Positions 60,271-64,000 of a stretch of DNA of 64,000 bases are shown piece by piece. Location of the stretch: positions 3,104,001 to 3,168,000 of the forward strand of contig CP147778.1 of the NCBI GenBank assembly GCA_037305845.1, written 5' to 3'. This DNA comes from Candidatus Freyarchaeum deiterrae. Lineage in GTDB: Archaea; Asgardarchaeota; Jordiarchaeia; Jordiarchaeales; Jordiarchaeaceae. Made by a program: the position numbers and the translations under genes. The notes below the pieces were generated by a model that made no database searches, was not told the origin of the DNA, and saw only the letters and a list, made by a program, of their open reading frames with translations. The stretch's first letter is position 1; each line of letters starts with the position of its first letter.

Positions 60271-60450
60271 GTTTTATCACCCAAATACTATACAAGAAGT
60301 AAATTGTATACTACCATTGATTTTATTTATATAAAACTTACCCCCTACTCGGGAAAAAATAAAGGCACATTTTTCTTAATATGCTTTCCCTTTTTCACTG
60401 TAGGGATGAGTGATCTAAAAGAGATTGGTGTATTTTTGAAGAAGTCTATT

Positions 60451-60879
60451 TTACTGTATTTTCGATTTTTCCATAACTATTTTGTGCGCTTTCTTTAGGG
60501 TCTTTTTGGAGTTTTCGTAACTCAATTTTTTAAAAGTTTTATCATAGTCTAACCAGTCGTAGCCTACATGTTCGTACGAGATTTTTACTTGGCTGGTTTT
60601 GGTTTCTGCTAGATGGAAAACGACTTCTTTGTAGACGGTTTGTCCCTCTCTCTTGTAAAAGTAGTTGATTCTTTTTTCAAAATCATCATTAAATTGTAAA
60701 TCTTGGATCCCTGTCTCTTCTTGGGTTTCTCTTATTATGGTGTCCCTAATTTTTTCGTTTTTTTCCACGTTTCCCTTAACAAAGTCCCAGTGCCCTCTCT
60801 CATGCTGTAGAATAAGATATTGCGGGTTACCGTTTTCCCATCTGTATATTACAACTCCAGCAGAGAACTCTCTAGGCAA
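60451..60879 (-). CDS. Nudix hydrolase, Ap4A hydrolase-like
   Basis: SAG, HWDF.KG.VE..E.....RETQEETG Nudix box, S.EH. Confidence 0.88.
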   Translation of the reverse strand: MPREFSAGVVIYRWENGNPQYLILQHERGHWDFVKGNVEKNEKIRDTIIRETQEETGIQDLQFNDDFEKRINYFYKREGQTVYKEVVFHLAETKTSQVKISYEHVGYDWLDYDKTFKKLSYENSKKTLKKAHKIVMEKSKIQ

Positions 60880-61151
60880 TTTTTCATCAGCTCAATTGTT
60901 TTTCAAAATTTTCGAGTCAATTAGTATAGTATAATGGTTTTTTTCGTTATAAATTTTGATATCTAAAAAATATATTAGTTCAGGCTTAGAGAAGGTAAAA
61001 TCACAGCATTTTTTAAAAAATATATTAAGAAGTAAGATAACCTTTTTTAAACATTAAAGAATAGGTATCGACAAGGAATGTTTCCAATTATGAAAGTGCC
61101 CATTCATAAATCTTATTTCATGTGATTTAAAATCGTGATGAGGTTAATGTA

Positions 61152-62216
61152 ATGTCTGGTGATCCTTACGTTAAGCTTGGTGAATTTTTGAATCAGTTTC
61201 CTTTAGGATTTCCCAAAACATCTTCAGGCGTTGAGATTCGCATACTCAAAAGGCTTTTTACGGAGGAGGAAGCGAAAATAGCGGTATTGTTAACTCCCAT
61301 TCCGGAAGAGGCGGCTCAGATCGCGAAGCGGGGTGGACTGGATGAAAAGGAACTGGAAGAGAAACTGGAGTCTATGTCAAAAAGGGGGCTCATCTTCCGA
61401 ACCAGACGCGAGGATAAAACACTCTACAATTCAGCACCCTTCATGATAGGCTTGTACGAGTACTCTGTGAAGAAGATCGACAAGGGACTTGCCAAACTCT
61501 TCAAAGAATACTACGACACCGCCTACCAAGACGAAATGGGAGCAAGCAACGTGCCAGGATTCAAGATTCTGCCAGTCGAGGAAAAAATACAAGTTGACAC
61601 CGTGCTCTACCCGTACCATAAACTCAAGGAGAGCATCAAAGAAGCCAGAAAAATCTCTGTCGCGGAATGTATCTGCCGCAAGGAAGCCAGACTAAACGGA
61701 GAAGGGTGCAATCACCCCATAGAAACCTGCCTCAGCTTCGGAACTGCAGCAGAATATTACATTGAAAACGGCATAGGGCGAGAAATAACCGCTGAGGAGG
61801 CAATAAAAATAATCGAAGAAGCCGACAAAGCGGGACTGGTTCACGCCGGAGCCAACTCCAAACACCTATCCAATATCTGCAACTGCTGCCCCTGCTGCTG
61901 CGCCTCCATGAAGGGAATAACCAAAATGGGACAAGACAAACACAAATACCTGAACGCACTATTCGAATCCATCATAGACCCGGAGAAATGTATCAACTGC
62001 GGAACCTGCGTAGACCGATGCCCAGTGGGAGCAGTAACCCTAGAGGACACCGCTACGGTAAACAGAGAAAAATGCCTTGGGTGCGGATTATGCGCCACCG
62101 CTTGCCCCGAGGAGGCAATAACCCTACAATTGAGAAAAGACCGCGAGGAGCCCTTCAACAGAGTATTCGAGATGGGCATAGCAATCCTAGAAGGCAAAAA
62201 GAAGACCTCTGAATAA
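61152..62216 (+). CDS. 4Fe-4S dicluster protein with N-terminal HTH-like region
   Basis: LFTEEEA, C.CR, CNCCPCCC, CINCGTCVDRCP, CLGCGLCATACP. Confidence 0.85.
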   Translation: MSGDPYVKLGEFLNQFPLGFPKTSSGVEIRILKRLFTEEEAKIAVLLTPIPEEAAQIAKRGGLDEKELEEKLESMSKRGLIFRTRREDKTLYNSAPFMIGLYEYSVKKIDKGLAKLFKEYYDTAYQDEMGASNVPGFKILPVEEKIQVDTVLYPYHKLKESIKEARKISVAECICRKEARLNGEGCNHPIETCLSFGTAAEYYIENGIGREITAEEAIKIIEEADKAGLVHAGANSKHLSNICNCCPCCCASMKGITKMGQDKHKYLNALFESIIDPEKCINCGTCVDRCPVGAVTLEDTATVNREKCLGCGLCATACPEEAITLQLRKDREEPFNRVFEMGIAILEGKKKTSE

Positions 62217-62543
62217 AAATCTGTCAAAATTTCCTCTACTTTTTTAAGGATACTTTTTAAATGTTATATATTTGTTAATTTTAGTGGGTGTATAAACTTA
62301 TATCTAAGAGGTTTTTAAGGGTAAAAGAGATATGGTAATTGATGGATATGAACATAATTTTCAGCTTCTGGGAGAACGCTTTGCACTTTGCTTCGTCCTC
62401 ACTTCATTTGGGTCTTATAACCAGAGTATATGGAGTTTGCTTTGTTCATCTAAATTTTCACCTTCGGTCGCAACTTTGCATGGAACTAGGACTAGTAAAA
62501 AGTTTAAAAATAAGGGAGATAATTGAAGGGAAGTGATTGTAAA

Positions 62544-63347
62544 ATGAATGAAAGGCTATACTTCCAATCAAATGATATTTACATATTTAACGATGACTTT
62601 TTGACCTCAAAGTGCGTTGAGGAGAACTCAATAGACTTGATTGTTACATCGCCTCCCTATAATGTGGATATCCGGTATAATTCTTACGATGATAGAATTC
62701 CACATGATATCTATCTTGAGTTTACTCAAAAGTGGCTTGAGAAAGCATATAACCTTTTAAAGAATGATGGACGCTTCTGCTTAAATATTCCCCTAGATAA
62801 GAACAAGGGAGGACAGCAAAGCGTTTATGCCGATATTGTTACAATTGCGAAGAAAATCGGCTTTAAATATCATTCCACAATTATATGGAATGAACAAAAC
62901 ATTTCAAGACGAACTGCATGGGGTTCTTGGCTTTCTGCTTCCGCCCCATATGTAATAGCACCTGTAGAAATGATTGTAATTTTATACAAAAAGGAGTGGA
63001 AAAAAATCAGTGGAAGCGGAAAATCAGATATAACTAAAGAAGAGTTTATAGAATGGACAAACGGTGTCTGGACATTCATGGGCGAAAGCAAAAAAAGAGT
63101 TGGACACCCTGCTCCCTTTCCCTTAGAACTCCCAAGAAGATGTATTAAACTTTTTACTTTTGTAGGTGATACAGTTCTTGACCCCTTCCTTGGTAGCGGT
63201 AGCACCCTGATAGTATGTGTTTTGACGGAAAGAAAAGGCATAGGCATTGAGATTGATAGAAACTACTGCGAAATCGCTAAACAGAGATTAATAAATGAAG
63301 CAAAAATAAATCAGCTCAAACTTGACACGGTTCAAAAAGAGATGTGA
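62544..63347 (+). CDS. Site-specific DNA methyltransferase (N4/N6, beta class)
   Basis: TSPPY precedes HPAPFP and DPFLGSG. Confidence 0.92.
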   Translation: MNERLYFQSNDIYIFNDDFLTSKCVEENSIDLIVTSPPYNVDIRYNSYDDRIPHDIYLEFTQKWLEKAYNLLKNDGRFCLNIPLDKNKGGQQSVYADIVTIAKKIGFKYHSTIIWNEQNISRRTAWGSWLSASAPYVIAPVEMIVILYKKEWKKISGSGKSDITKEEFIEWTNGVWTFMGESKKRVGHPAPFPLELPRRCIKLFTFVGDTVLDPFLGSGSTLIVCVLTERKGIGIEIDRNYCEIAKQRLINEAKINQLKLDTVQKEM

Positions 63348-63943
63348 CTATGGGCGAAAGAAGAAAGACAATTGCAGACTTAATCTTGGAATATTTTCGC
63401 GAGCACCCCAAAGAGGATCTGGAACATGGTCCAGTCGTAGATTACGTAGAAGAACAATATCTCAAGCTATATGGAAAGAAACCAAGAGATCCATGGAGAC
63501 AAATACGCAAATTTTATCAAGAAGGTATTTTGATACAAGTCAGAAAAGGAGTTTATAGGTACGACCCTAATCATGTTCAGCACAGAGAGCTGTACGAATT
63601 TCCAAAAGAAGTTAAGGAAGAAATTTTCAAAAGAGATGGTTATAGGTGTGTAGTTTGCGGTAGAGGAAAAGAGGATAGTGTAGAGATAGATGCCGATCAT
63701 AAAATACCACTTGATAAAGGTGGTATGAATACCGTGGAAAATGGGCAGACTCTTTGTTCAGAGCATAACCTTCTTAAAAAGAGTTATTCGCAAACAGAAT
63801 TCGGCAAGAGATTTTTGATAAGGCTTTATGAGGACGCTGTAAAAAAAGGCGACGAAAGAATGATAAATTTTTGCAAGGAAATTTTCGATGTTTATAACAA
63901 ATACAAAGTCAATAGCCACATAAAGAGACCTAATAAAGAATAA
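63344..63943 (+). CDS. HNH endonuclease, probable type II restriction enzyme
   Basis: RDGYRCVVCG...DH.IP...GG.....N.Q.LC..HN; overlaps the methyltransferase stop. Confidence 0.85.
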   Translation: MTMGERRKTIADLILEYFREHPKEDLEHGPVVDYVEEQYLKLYGKKPRDPWRQIRKFYQEGILIQVRKGVYRYDPNHVQHRELYEFPKEVKEEIFKRDGYRCVVCGRGKEDSVEIDADHKIPLDKGGMNTVENGQTLCSEHNLLKKSYSQTEFGKRFLIRLYEDAVKKGDERMINFCKEIFDVYNKYKVNSHIKRPNKE

Positions 63944-64000
63944 AAACAAAATTAAAAATGTAGAAATAAAAAAACGCCGAATTCTTTGCAAAAATGTTTA

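Noticed and set aside
1-64000. CRISPR arrays, tRNA/rRNA genes and the many other short antisense ORFs in the track
   Set aside because: No regularly spaced repeats or RNA-gene signatures were recognised by eye (a covariance-model scan would be needed to exclude small RNAs); the antisense ORFs overlap well-supported genes.

Overview
Archaeal chromosomal DNA, AT-rich between genes. It carries group II chaperonins, a tetraether lipid synthase, MtrH and a RING-like zinc finger. That profile suggests an anaerobic heterotroph, possibly Asgard (Freya/Jordarchaeia-like); the taxonomy is inference only. Main content: (1) 0.4-13.3 kb: a full corrinoid methyltransferase set (RACo/RamA-type activator, corrinoid protein, divergent UroD/MtaA-fold methyltransferase, MtrH-family methyltransferase). 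It is interleaved with a DsrEFH/TusDCB sulfur relay, a lipoyl-carrier GcvH-like protein, an SCP2 protein and three divergent chaperonin domains, two of which are fused head-to-tail in one ~1060 aa ORF. This is the best candidate for an undescribed system. (2) Tetraether lipid synthase and decayed toxin-antitoxin genes. (3) 17-28 kb: a DUF35::methylmalonyl-CoA mutase fusion, an SDR and a thiolase lacking both catalytic cysteines, with scars of two old tandem duplications. (4) 28-40 kb: mostly housekeeping genes, plus a RING-like protein and a KaiC-like tandem without Walker A. (5) 40.6-53.7 kb: two paralogous unknown proteins, a stand-alone phosphohistidine swivel domain and an AttH/CrtC-like protein, next to four paralogous B12-binding radical SAM genes. 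An IS607-like tnpB appears split by an ~11.4 kb inversion. (6) A membrane-anchored Ntn acylase with a probable CTG start, pdxST, a Nudix hydrolase, an Fe-S protein and a methyltransferase + HNH restriction-modification pair. No rRNA, tRNA or CRISPR array was recognised. All calls come from motif recognition by eye; no database search was run.
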